Under the pieces are notes generated by a model. That model searched no databases. It had not been told where the DNA came from and saw nothing but the letters and a program-made list of their open reading frames with translations. A stretch of 63,976 nt of DNA, the filler included, from Sandaracinaceae bacterium (lineage in GTDB: Bacteria > Myxococcota_A > Polyangia > Polyangiales > JADJQN01): assembly GCA_947483975.1 (NCBI GenBank). It is 5 parts of 5 records of this genome, joined end to end, with 100 filler letters (N's around TTAATTAATTAA, not from the genome) between each part and the next. Parts side by side here need not be neighbours in the genome. Positions count along the whole stretch, not along the records: positions 13,409 to 26,704 come from CANKOL010000119.1; positions 26,805 to 40,034 come from CANKOL010000120.1; 3 more parts are not named here. One strand, written 5' to 3'. Positions 20,115 to 29,900 of the stretch are shown in pieces. A program made the translations under genes and the position numbers. Each line of letters begins with the position of its first letter. Position 1 is the first letter of the stretch.

Positions 20115-21176
20115 ATGGCTGTTCGTCTCGTCGTGCGCGCGCCTTTTGCCGCCGACGCGAGCGCGGAGCTCGCCTTCGAATTCGATCAGACGCGCGTGCT
20201 CATCGGGCGCAGCTCGTCGGCGGATGTGCGTCTCCCGCACGCCGCCGTCAGCGAGTCGCACGCGGCGCTTCGCCTCGACGGCAGCGTGTACGCGCTCACC
20301 GATGAGGGCTCGACCAACGGCACGCGCGTCAACGGCGTGCGCCTCGTACCGGGGCGCGCGAAAGCGCTGCGGAGCGGTGACGTCGTGGACGTCGCGGGCT
20401 TCCTGCTGACCTTTCACGCGGGCGTCGCGACCACGCTGCCGACCTCGTCCGAGCAGACCGCGGCGCTCGCGCGTCGACTCGTGCGCGAGGTGCTCGACCC
20501 TCACGGCGCCGGCAGCGCCCCCGCGCGGCTCGTCGTCGTCGGCGGACCGCAGGCGGGCGCGCGCGTCGAGCTGCCGCCGCCCCCGGCGCGCTTGCTCCTC
20601 GGGCGCGGCGAAGACTGTGATCTCGTGCTCCTCGACGCGGACTGTTCGCGGGAGCACGTGGAACTCGTACGGGACCTCGACGGCTGTCTCGCGCGGGACC
20701 TCGGCAGCAAGAATGGTTCGCGCATCAACGATCGGCCGCTCCGTGAGCGTCGGCTGCGCGACCGTGACGAACTTCTCATCGGCCAGACCGTCGTCGTCTA
20801 CGAGGACCCCGCGGACGCTGCGATCCGCGCGCTCGAGGGCGTGCCCGATGCGCCGGTCCCGAGCGCTGTGATCGCGGAGCCGCAGCCGGCACCCGCGGCG
20901 CCGCCGAGCGGATCACCGACCAACGTTGACCCGGGGATAGGCCTCACGGAGCTTCCGGCGGTGGAGCCGAAGGAGCCGTCCACCGAGCCCGGCTCCGCGT
21001 CGGCGACGACTCGCGGCAAGGCCGCGCGCGGTGCGGCACCGGCCGTGAGCGTCGCACCGCCCCGCGACCGGCGTCGCCCCGCGGGAGTGTCCGCTGACGT
21101 CGTCATCTACGTGCTCGCTGGGCTCATCCTGGCGGCGAGCGCCGTGGCGCTCTTTCTCTTGCTGCGCTCGGGCTGA
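20115..21176 (+). CDS. Tandem-FHA-domain protein with C-terminal TM anchor
   Basis: IGRSSSADVRL...SESHA...DEGSTNGT and LGRGEDCDL...SREH...DLGSKNGS; C-terminal hydrophobic helix. Confidence 0.85.
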   Translation: MAVRLVVRAPFAADASAELAFEFDQTRVLIGRSSSADVRLPHAAVSESHAALRLDGSVYALTDEGSTNGTRVNGVRLVPGRAKALRSGDVVDVAGFLLTFHAGVATTLPTSSEQTAALARRLVREVLDPHGAGSAPARLVVVGGPQAGARVELPPPPARLLLGRGEDCDLVLLDADCSREHVELVRDLDGCLARDLGSKNGSRINDRPLRERRLRDRDELLIGQTVVVYEDPADAAIRALEGVPDAPVPSAVIAEPQPAPAAPPSGSPTNVDPGIGLTELPAVEPKEPSTEPGSASATTRGKAARGAAPAVSVAPPRDRRRPAGVSADVVIYVLAGLILAASAVALFLLLRSG

Positions 21177-21183
21177 GCGGCCC

Positions 21184-21774
21184 TCAGCGCCACGCCCAGC
21201 CGAGCCCGACCCGCACGCCGAGGACGAGTCCCGAAGTGCCGCCGTCCGCTCGCGCAGCCCAGCCCACCGTCCCGCTCAGCGCGACGGCGAGGCCTGCCCA
21301 CACGAGCTGCCAGCCCGCCTCCCCGCCGACGCCGAGCATGACGCGCGCCGCCCCGCTCCCCTCGCCGCGCGTGATGGTGAGGTGCGGCCCGACGAACGGC
21401 CCGTCGAGCCCTTGCGCGAGAGGCCAGACGTGAGCCGACACGACGAGCGCGACGCCGCTCGCGCCCGTTGCGCTGAGCCACGTAGGGGACGCCGCGAGCG
21501 AGAGCCAGCGCGCCGGGGCGACCTCCACGCGCGCGCCGTAGCCGCCACTCAACGGCGCGAGCACGTCGGTCGTCAGCGCGACGTCCCAGACGGCGAGGTC
21601 GCGGTCGCTGTCGAGAGCCTGGCTCGCGGCATTCTCCTCCGCGCGCGACTGCGCAGCGGCGGAGGCGGGCAGGAGTAGCGCCGCCGTGCCGAGCAGCGCG
21701 AGCGAGCACGGCGCGAGTCGACGAGCGTTTGGTGAACACGAGGCGGAACGCGAGCGGCGCACAGAGACCTCCAT
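21184..21774 (-). CDS. Hypothetical secreted protein, probable small outer-membrane beta-barrel
   Basis: Signal-like segment, alternating amphipathic strands, C-terminal GVRVGLGWAW; exact start uncertain. Confidence 0.6.
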   Translation of the reverse strand: MEVSVRRSRSASCSPNARRLAPCSLALLGTAALLLPASAAAQSRAEENAASQALDSDRDLAVWDVALTTDVLAPLSGGYGARVEVAPARWLSLAASPTWLSATGASGVALVVSAHVWPLAQGLDGPFVGPHLTITRGEGSGAARVMLGVGGEAGWQLVWAGLAVALSGTVGWAARADGGTSGLVLGVRVGLGWAWR

Positions 21775-21850
21775 TGGTGGGTCACGGACGCACGCCTTCT
21801 CGCCCCGACGTCAGCTGGGTTGCGCCGCCTAACGTTCCGTGGGCGGACCG

Positions 21851-22020
21851 CGGGCCGACCGAGGTTGAGCCCGGCGCGCGCGGGCCGACCGACGTTGAGC
21901 CCGGCGCGCGGGCCGACCGATGTTGAGCCCGGTGCGCGGGCCGACCGATGTTGAGGCCGGCGCGTGGGCCGACCGAGGTTGAGCCCGGCGCGCGGGCCGA
22001 CCGACGTTGAGCCCGGCGCG
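21851..22020. repeat. 28-bp tandem repeat x6 (imperfect palindrome)
   Basis: Consensus CGGGCCGACCGANGTTGAGCCCGGCGCG, six head-to-tail copies (first unit 30 bp), no unique spacers; lies between divergent genes. Confidence 0.95.
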
Positions 22021-22125
22021 CTTGCGACGGGGGGGGGCTTCGTGCTTGGCTTGGCCCCGTTCGCACTTCGGGGGCCTCGCGTTTGAAGCGTTTCTCGCCC
22101 CGCTCCGTCCACCACGGTGATGTCC

Positions 22126-23868
22126 ATGTCCCGACCCCTGGCCCTTCTCTCCCTCGCTCTCGTCCTCGCTGCTTGCGGCGCCTCCCCGCGCCGCCAGGTC
22201 TTCGTCACCGGGCCGCAGGGCAACGGCGGCTATGTCGGCCCACAAGGCAACCGTTACACCGGCCCGCAAGGCAACGGTGGCGGGGGCGTCGTCGCGTCAG
22301 GCGACTCGCGCGCTCAGCTCGGGCAGCTCGACCAGCTCCTGCGTCAGCGCGGCTATACCGCGCTGGGTCCGGCGATCCACGGCAGCCTCGTCCCGAACGG
22401 CCTCATCGCCTACGCAGTCGCGGCGACGCCCGGCGCTTGCTACGCGATCTTCGCCCTCGGCGACCAGCCCGGCCAGGACCTGAACCTCACGGTGACGGAC
22501 CCCTCGGCGCGCACGATCGCCTACGACGTCCGCCCCGACAGCCACCCCTACGCGGTCGTCTGCCCCGGCGTCTCCGGCCGCCTCGCCGCGCGCCTCCAGA
22601 TGCTGGCGGGCGAAGGCGGCTACTACTACGCCGTCTATCAAGGCCCCTCCAACTCGCAGCCCGACCTCGCGGCGTTCTTCGGCGCGGGCCAAGCCGCTCC
22701 GCAGGTGCAGTCCGCGCAGCTCGATCAGGCGACGAATCAGCGCATCACGGCGGCCGAGCAGCGGCTCACGGGCGAGCGCTTCCGCCGCGTGTACGGCCCC
22801 ATCGGCATGGTGCTCAGTGAGGGCATGACGCGGCAGTTCCCCGCGACGCTCCAGGCGGGCACCTGCTACGCCTTCGCCAGCTTCGGCGGACCAGGCGCCG
22901 CCGACACCGACATCACGCTCGTCGACGGTAGCGGCAACGAGATCGAGCGCGACGTCGAGACCGCAGCCGACGGCATGATTCGCTACTGCCCGACGGCGGC
23001 CGGCGCCTACAACCTCGTCGTCAAGATGTACACGGGCAACGGCCCGCTCTTCACGCTCGCCTATCAGCAGGGCGCGCCGGAGCAGGGCGCGCAGCAGACG
23101 CAGGTCGTCGCAGCGACGTCGACCGCGACCGCGGGCCTCGAAGAGAATTTCCGCCTGCTCGACGGCGATATGCGCGCGCGCGGCTATGAAAACATGGGCG
23201 ATGCGCAGCGCGGCCAGCTCGCCGAGGCCGCCGTGCAGGATTACCCGATCGAGCTCGAGGGCGGCAAGTGCTACGCGATCCTCGCCGTCGGCGACAACGG
23301 CGTGCGCGACCTCGACCTCCTGCTCGTCGATGGCGCAGGCGCCACGGTCGACCGCGACGTCGAGCAAGACCCGCGCCCGATCGTGCGCGTCTGTCCCACG
23401 CGCTCCGGCTCGTTCCGCATGCAGGTCAAGATGTTCGCCGGCGCTGGCAACTTCGTCTACGGCGCGTATCGCTGGCCGCGCGGCGTGCGTGGGCCGTTCG
23501 GGCTCGCGGGCCTGATGTACGTGCGCCTCGCCGAGGTCACGCAGTTGCTCAGCGTCGAGGGCTTCCAGCCGGACGCCGACTTCACCCCCGCGCGCGGCAC
23601 CTTCCGCCGCGAGGGCGAGGACCACTCGCACACCGTCGCGCTCCGTGGCGGCATGTGTTACTCGGTGCTCGTCGTCGGCGGCGACGGCGTGAACGACATC
23701 GAAGCCACGCTGCTCCAGGGCACGACGCCCGTCGCGAACGACGGCACGCGCAACGCCTTCCCGAGCGTGCGCCACTGCCCGACCGCGAACGGCAACTTCA
23801 CGCTCAAGGTCAAGGCAGTGTCCGGCTCGGGCGCGTACTTCTACCAGCTGTTCACGCAGACGCAGTAG
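22126..23868 (+). CDS. Lipoprotein with four repeated ~120-aa Cys-containing beta domains (PPC-like)
   Basis: Lipobox LAAC; four copies of CY(A/S)xxxxG...DxxxxxxD...CP...G. Confidence 0.75.
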   Translation: MSRPLALLSLALVLAACGASPRRQVFVTGPQGNGGYVGPQGNRYTGPQGNGGGGVVASGDSRAQLGQLDQLLRQRGYTALGPAIHGSLVPNGLIAYAVAATPGACYAIFALGDQPGQDLNLTVTDPSARTIAYDVRPDSHPYAVVCPGVSGRLAARLQMLAGEGGYYYAVYQGPSNSQPDLAAFFGAGQAAPQVQSAQLDQATNQRITAAEQRLTGERFRRVYGPIGMVLSEGMTRQFPATLQAGTCYAFASFGGPGAADTDITLVDGSGNEIERDVETAADGMIRYCPTAAGAYNLVVKMYTGNGPLFTLAYQQGAPEQGAQQTQVVAATSTATAGLEENFRLLDGDMRARGYENMGDAQRGQLAEAAVQDYPIELEGGKCYAILAVGDNGVRDLDLLLVDGAGATVDRDVEQDPRPIVRVCPTRSGSFRMQVKMFAGAGNFVYGAYRWPRGVRGPFGLAGLMYVRLAEVTQLLSVEGFQPDADFTPARGTFRREGEDHSHTVALRGGMCYSVLVVGGDGVNDIEATLLQGTTPVANDGTRNAFPSVRHCPTANGNFTLKVKAVSGSGAYFYQLFTQTQ

Positions 23869-25783
23869 CCGTCGCGGGCAGCGGGGCGCTCGGTGCCTCC
23901 TGGGTCCTGAAAGTCCCGGGAGGCGCCTCGAGCGCCGGCAGCTCCGTCGTGAACACCTGACGCTCGACGAGGCGGCGATAGACGCCGTCTCGCGCCATCA
24001 GCTCGTCGTGCGTGCCCGTCTCGGCGATGCGCCCCGCGTCGAGGACGACGATGCGATTGGCGTCGCGCACGGTGCTGAGGCGGTGCGCGATGACGAGCGT
24101 CGTGCGCCCCTTCATCAGCCGCGCGAGCGCCTCTTGGACGAGCGCTTCGCTCTCTGCGTCGAGGTTGCTCGTCGCCTCGTCGAGCACGAGCACCCGCGGG
24201 TCCATCAGGATCGCGCGGGCGATCGCGATGCGCTGCCGCTGCCCGCCGGACAGCTGCACGCCGCGCTCGCCGACGAGCGTCTGATAGCCGTCGGGGAAGC
24301 CCATGATGAACGTGTGGGCGCTCGCGTCCTTCGCCGCGCGCTCGAGGTCGGCGGGCTTCGCGTCGGGCACGCCGTAGCCGATGTTCTCGGCGATGGTGCC
24401 GCTGAAGAGCACGGGCTCCTGCGCGACGAGCCCGATCGACCGCCTCAAGTCGTGGAGCGCGAGGCGTCGCACGTCGACGCCGTCGAAGCGCACCTCACCC
24501 GCGGTCACGTCCTGGAAGCGCAGCACGAGCGCCGCGAGCGTGGACTTGCCCGCGCCCGACGGACCGACGACGGCGACGACCTCGCCCGGCGGGATCTCGA
24601 GCGAGACGTCGGTGATCACCGGGTGATCGAGGCGCGTCGCGTACCGAAAGCTGATGTGGTCGAAGGAGACGCCCGTGCCGCGCTGCGGGTCGATGGGCGG
24701 CAGCGCGACGGGCGCCTCGGGATCGCGGATGTCGGGCACCGTCTGGATGATCTCGAAGAGCCGCTCCGTCGCGCCCGCCGCGCGCTCGATCGCCGTCCAG
24801 CGCTCCGACAGGCTGCCGAGCGCCGCCGCGAGCATGATCGTGTAGAGGATGAAGGCGACGAGGTCGCCGCCCGTGATGTCCCCCGCGACGACCGCGCGCC
24901 CGCCGATCCAGAGAACTCCCGCGATCGAGAGAAAACCGAAGAGGCTGGCGAAGGCGAGAAAGCCGCCGCGCCAGATGTTGAGGCGGCGCGCCTGCTCGAA
25001 CGACGCCTCGACGCGCGTGCCGTAGCCGTCCGCCTCGCGGGTCTCGCGCGTGAACGCCTGCACCGTCTGGATCGCGCCGACGGTCTCTTGCACGTGCGCG
25101 CTCGTGTCGGCGAGCAGATCCTGCACCTCGCGGCTCATGCGCCGGATGCGCCGCCCGAAGACGACGACGGCGATGATCAGCGGCGGGATGGTCAGCAGGA
25201 TGGCGCCCGTGAGCCGCGCGTTCGTGATGAGCAGCAGCACGAGCCCGCCCACGAACTGCACGAGGTTGCGGAGCGCGATGCTGATGTCCGAGCCGACGAC
25301 GGACTGCACCGTGGTGACGTCTGACGCGAGGCGCCCCGTGAGCTCGCCCGTGCGGCGCTCGTGGAACCACGTCGGCGTCAGCGTGACGAGCCGTCGGAAC
25401 ACCGAGCGGCGTAGATCCGCGACGGCGCGCTCGCCGAGCCAGCCCATCAGGTAGTGGCGGATCCACGTGAGCCCCGCGTCGATCATGAAGACGACGACGA
25501 GCCCTGCGGCCATCAGATCGAGGCGCGCCGTCGAGCCGCGCGAGATGCCGTGGTCGATCGCGTAGCGGATGGCCATCGGGTACGAGAGCCCGAGCCCCGA
25601 GCCGATGAACAGAACGAAGACCGCGAGCGCGAAGCGCCCTTTGTGGGGGGCGAGCAGGGCGAAGAGGCGCTGAACGCGCTCGAAGCGGGAGCCCTTCGCC
25701 GGCGGGGCAACGTCGGCGGGCGGGCCGAACCGGCCGCCGGAGCGGACGGGCGGCGAGTCGGGGGAAGCGGTGTGCGGATGCAT
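23852..25783 (-). CDS. ABC exporter, fused permease/ATPase (MsbA/ABCB-like)
   Basis: Six TM helices; GPSGAGKST, LSGGQRQRIAIARA, LDEATS, IAHRLST. Confidence 0.92.
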   Translation of the reverse strand: MHPHTASPDSPPVRSGGRFGPPADVAPPAKGSRFERVQRLFALLAPHKGRFALAVFVLFIGSGLGLSYPMAIRYAIDHGISRGSTARLDLMAAGLVVVFMIDAGLTWIRHYLMGWLGERAVADLRRSVFRRLVTLTPTWFHERRTGELTGRLASDVTTVQSVVGSDISIALRNLVQFVGGLVLLLITNARLTGAILLTIPPLIIAVVVFGRRIRRMSREVQDLLADTSAHVQETVGAIQTVQAFTRETREADGYGTRVEASFEQARRLNIWRGGFLAFASLFGFLSIAGVLWIGGRAVVAGDITGGDLVAFILYTIMLAAALGSLSERWTAIERAAGATERLFEIIQTVPDIRDPEAPVALPPIDPQRGTGVSFDHISFRYATRLDHPVITDVSLEIPPGEVVAVVGPSGAGKSTLAALVLRFQDVTAGEVRFDGVDVRRLALHDLRRSIGLVAQEPVLFSGTIAENIGYGVPDAKPADLERAAKDASAHTFIMGFPDGYQTLVGERGVQLSGGQRQRIAIARAILMDPRVLVLDEATSNLDAESEALVQEALARLMKGRTTLVIAHRLSTVRDANRIVVLDAGRIAETGTHDELMARDGVYRRLVERQVFTTELPALEAPPGTFRTQEAPSAPLPATATASA

Positions 25784-25899
25784 TGGGGGCCTGGGTCGCT
25801 CGAGGGTGGGTCTACGTTAGCGCGCGGGCGTCGATGGGGCGTGGCGCGCGGCGCGGTCGGCCGGCGCTCGGTGGCGGGCACGCGGTCGTGGGCAGACGG

Positions 25900-26703
25900 T
25901 CAGGGTTGCTCGATGGCGCTCACGATGGGCGGCGGGACCGCTCCGACGCGCGCGGGGAACGGCACTTGCGCGTCCGTGACGAGGAGCCACGCCACGTCGC
26001 CGACCGCCCGCGCGCCGGGGCGCACGAGACGGTAGGCCACACCCTGCTCCGCCCTCATGTGCTCGAGGACCTCGATGGTGCCGTCTCCGTCAACGTCGGT
26101 GAGCGCGGCGAAGTCGAAGGCACCGTCCATCGCAGGTTCCCACACGAAGTGCGAAGGTCGCGCGAGCAGCACCTCGGCGGGCTGCCCTGCGCGCACGCGC
26201 GCGACCGCCCCCACGCTCGTCGTGCACGCGACCTCACCGTCCGGGCATACCGGGCCGGCGACGAGCGCGTAGATCGCGTCGCCGAGGCGAACGACCTTTG
26301 GCGGCAGCCACGGCCCCGACGGGAGGCGTCCGACGCGGGCCGCTGCCGCGCGCGCCGCCTCGACTGCCGGCTGCGCTTCCGGCGCCGTCGCTGGGAGTGA
26401 GACCGGCAGACTCGCGAGCGGCGGCGGGTCGACGATGGCGAGCCAGCCCTCGTCGCGGCAGCCGACGACCGCGTGCGCGAACACGCGCTGATACGTGTCG
26501 TTGACGTCCGCCTGCTGCGCCGTCAGCTCGACGCGCGCGCCGAGCGTGCCGTCGCAGGCGCCGCGCGGCCCGAGGATGCGCACGGGCTCGCCGCTCGGCG
26601 TGCTCGATACGACGCGCGCGTGGACCGCGGTGTCTCCCGCGGGCGCGTCCCCCGTCGCCGCTTCCCGCAGCGGACCGCGGGCGATGACGTAGAGGGTGCC
26701 GCC
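25900..26703 (-). CDS. Hypothetical protein, 5'-truncated
   Basis: Frame open to the contig edge; DVDGDGTIE Ca-binding/FG-GAP-like motif. Confidence 0.55.
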   Translation of the reverse strand, partial: GGTLYVIARGPLREAATGDAPAGDTAVHARVVSSTPSGEPVRILGPRGACDGTLGARVELTAQQADVNDTYQRVFAHAVVGCRDEGWLAIVDPPPLASLPVSLPATAPEAQPAVEAARAAAARVGRLPSGPWLPPKVVRLGDAIYALVAGPVCPDGEVACTTSVGAVARVRAGQPAEVLLARPSHFVWEPAMDGAFDFAALTDVDGDGTIEVLEHMRAEQGVAYRLVRPGARAVGDVAWLLVTDAQVPFPARVGAVPPPIVSAIEQP

Positions 26704-26704
26704 G

Positions 26705-26804
26705 NNNNNNNNNNNNNNNNNNNNNNNNNNNNNNNNNNNNNNNNNNNNTTAATTAATTAANNNNNNNNNNNNNNNNNNNNNNNNNNNNNNNNNNNNNNNN
26801 NNNN
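26705..26804. other. Artificial contig spacer
   Basis: N run with TTAATTAATTAA. Confidence 0.99.
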
Positions 26805-26806
26805 CT

Positions 26807-26875
26807 CCGACCGCCGCAGCGCCGACGCCCGCAGCGCCGACCGCCGCAGCGCCCGCCGCCCCCGCGGCACAGTAG
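26807..26875 (+). CDS. C-terminal Pro/Ala-rich tail of a truncated gene
   Basis: PTAAAPTPAAPTAAAPAAPAAQ-stop, followed by a hairpin. Confidence 0.4.
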   Translation, partial: PTAAAPTPAAPTAAAPAAPAAQ

Positions 26876-26883
26876 AGGCCCAC

Positions 26884-26906
26884 GGAGCCCCGCGCGGCGG
26901 GGCTCC
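26884..26906. terminator. Putative terminator hairpin between convergent genes
   Basis: GGAGCCCCGC-GCG-GCGGGGCTCC perfect 10-bp stem; no strong U-tract. Confidence 0.5.
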
Positions 26907-26932
26907 TCGTTGGGTGACGTCCTGTGGCTCGC

Positions 26933-29900
26933 TCAGCGCCGCTCGCCGAGCGCCAAGAAGCGATTGAACGCGTAGAGGTAATGCCACTGCCCGCGTCCGC
27001 CGCGGTAGAAGATGCCGACCGCGCGCACGTCGTCGAACGCGTGCCCTGCGAACGCGAGGCCGGTCGTCGGCAGCGCGATCGTCGTGCCCGCGGGCGCCGT
27101 GATGACCGCCCAGCGGCGCCCGGGCTCCTCGGTGCCCGAGAAGCGGTCGAGCCTGAAGACGCCGTCGCCGAGGTTGCGGCGCGTCCACGCGGCCTCCGAG
27201 AGATACCAGCGATCCTCGGCGCCGAGGTGATCGACGACGACGAAGCGAAGCTCGTTGCTGCCATCGGTGCTCAGGCTCTCGAGGTCCACCTGCAGCGTCG
27301 AGGTCGCGGCGTCCGCGCCGAACGCGTACGGCCCCGCGCCATCGAACGGCGCGAACTGCTCGCTCCGCCACAGGAGTGAGAGATCGAGCGTCGTCGGGCC
27401 CGTCACGTCGCCCGTCCACGCCTCGAAGCGCCCGCTCCGCAGGCCCGTCCAGCTCGACTCCTCCGGCGGCCCGGTGCGCGCGGCGCTCGGCTGCGCGGTC
27501 ACGCACCAGCCGCCATAGGCGGTCAGCGCGCTGGTCGGCTCGAGCAGCCCCGCGCCGTGGTTGTACTCGGTGTGAAAGAGCGCCTCGTCCAGCGAGAACG
27601 GCACGCACAGCGCGTTGCCGCCATCGACCGACACATTGCCGCGCACCGGATCGTAGCGGCCCGTCCCCTCGAGCGACACGGGCAGCTCCGCGCCGCGGAA
27701 CACGACGAGCGCGTGACCGCTGACGCCCTCCGGGTCCACGGTCAGCTCGACGCGCATCGTGTCGACGTCGCCGTCCACGTCGCGCGCCTGCACGACGAGC
27801 CAGAACGTGCCCGGCGCCGCGGGCGTGCCCGAGAGGCGCCCGACGCCCGCGCCCTCCGCGACGAGCGAGAGCCCCGGGGGAAGCTCGCCGCCGAGCAGGC
27901 TCACCTCGACCGTGCCTTCCCCGTCCGTCGTCGTCAGCGCGACGTCGAGCGGCAAGCCCGCCTCGGCGTGCAGCGTCGGCAGCGCGGCGAACACGGGGCG
28001 CGTCCCGAGCGGCTCCGACGCGTCGCGCGCCCCGCGCAGCCGCTCGCCGTAGGTGCACGCGGCGTCCCACTTCGCGCTCTGCGCGCGCGTCTCGGTGACG
28101 AACTCCTTGGCGCCCCAGTAGCCGAAGAAGCTCCACGCGCCGAGGTCCGTGAAGACGCTCGGCGTGCGCCCGCCCGCGGCGCTCCAGAGCGCGAGCTGCT
28201 CTCGATAGAGCGAGCGCATCTGCGGCGTGCGCTGAAACCACCTCATGTAGCCCATGAAGTCGACGTGCGCGGGGTTCGACCAGTCGCCGAGCCCCACCGG
28301 GAGCAGGTGCTGCCCGCCCTCGTAGGCGATCATCGGCACGCCCGCGTCGCGCGCGACGGTCGCCCCTCGGACCCAGTCCGCGTAGGTGTCGTGCAGCTCT
28401 CGGCGCACGATGCCCGCGGCCGCGTCGTCGAGCGCTGCGGGCCACACGCCGGGGCTGCTGCCGAAGGGATGCGCCGCGAACAGCTCCGTGTGCGCGCCGT
28501 GCCCAAAATAGTTGGAGATGGCGAGCACCTCCGCGGACGTCGGCGCGAGCTCCTGCATCGACGCGAGCAGCGCGCGGTTGTAGTCGGCGCTCACCGCGAA
28601 GCCGGCGGCGACGTTCACGAGGCGCGCGTCGGGCTGCCCCGCGAGGCGCCACTCCTCCTCGAACGTCTCGAGGAACCCCGCCTGCAGCTGCCCCGCGCCC
28701 CACGCGAGCTGCGTGAAGCTCACCGCCTCCGGCGCGATGCCGAAGTGCTCCGCCGCGCGCGCCCGCGCCTGAAGCTGCTGCGGCAAGTACGCCGACGAGC
28801 CGTTCCACTGCTCGTTCGAGTACTCCGCCCACACGCGCAGGTCAGGGCGCAGCTCGGTCGCGATCATGCGCGCCAGCCCGCGCACGAGGTCCGGCGTCGC
28901 CGTGTGCGGCACCTGCACCCAGAGGTCGCGCCCCGTCTCGTTGCACAGCGCGACGAGCCACTCGTACGGGTAGCCGAGCCGCCCGCCGAACGCGCGCACA
29001 TGATGCCGCGACCAGCCCACGTCGATGATCGAGAGCGAGCGCCCGAGCTGATCGGCGCGGCTGCGATCTGCCCAGCTCATGGGCGTCTCGTCGGTGATCC
29101 CGTTGACGTCGAGCCACGCGAGGAAGCGGAGCACACCGCCGTCGGGCATTTCCGCGAGGTGCGCGAGGAACGCCGGATGAAAGAGCGGCAGCGGCGCGCC
29201 GGGCGCAGGCTCGAGGCTGCCCATCACGTGCCCCGGCGACAGGTCCGCCGTCGCGTCGAGCGTCACACCCGCGCCGTCGAAGGCGGGCGCCCAGAGGTGC
29301 AGGTTTCGCACGGGATCGAGCGGGTCCATCGAAGAGACCCGCACGATCGGGTACTCGCTCACGGTGTCCATGTTGAGCACGATGCGGTTCGGGCTCGTGA
29401 GCAAGAGCTGTCCGCCGACGCCGTCGTTGGTCGAGGGCTCGAGCGCGACGGTCCCCGTGCCGTCCCACGTGAGCACGTAGACACCGTGCAGATAGGTGTG
29501 CTCGCCGGTCGCGTACGACTGACTGATCGTGATCCCGACATGGTCGGGCAGCGCCCGCGGCCAGCCGCGCTCATCCACCTCCAGCGTCGCGGCGAGCGCG
29601 TCCGCCTGCGCTGAGTCGTACGCGGGCGTGCCCCACTGCGGGAGCACCCAGACCTCCGCGCCGCGCAGCACATCCGCGAAGAGCCACGACCGGCTCGCGT
29701 CCCCGCTCAGGCCGATCTGCAGCGGCGGCAGGCTGCTCGGCGAGAGCGGCGCCTCCCACGCGCAGGTCACTCCGTCGCCGACCTCGCCGCGCGGGCAAGC
29801 GCAAGTCCGCGCGCCGACGGTGTTCGCGCAGGTCGCGTCCGCCGCGCACCCACCGTTCGCGGTGAGGCACTCGTCCACGTCGTCGCACGCCCTGCCGTCC

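Noticed and set aside
21851..22020. CRISPR array
   Set aside because: Units are head-to-tail with no unique spacers, and there are no cas genes in the window.
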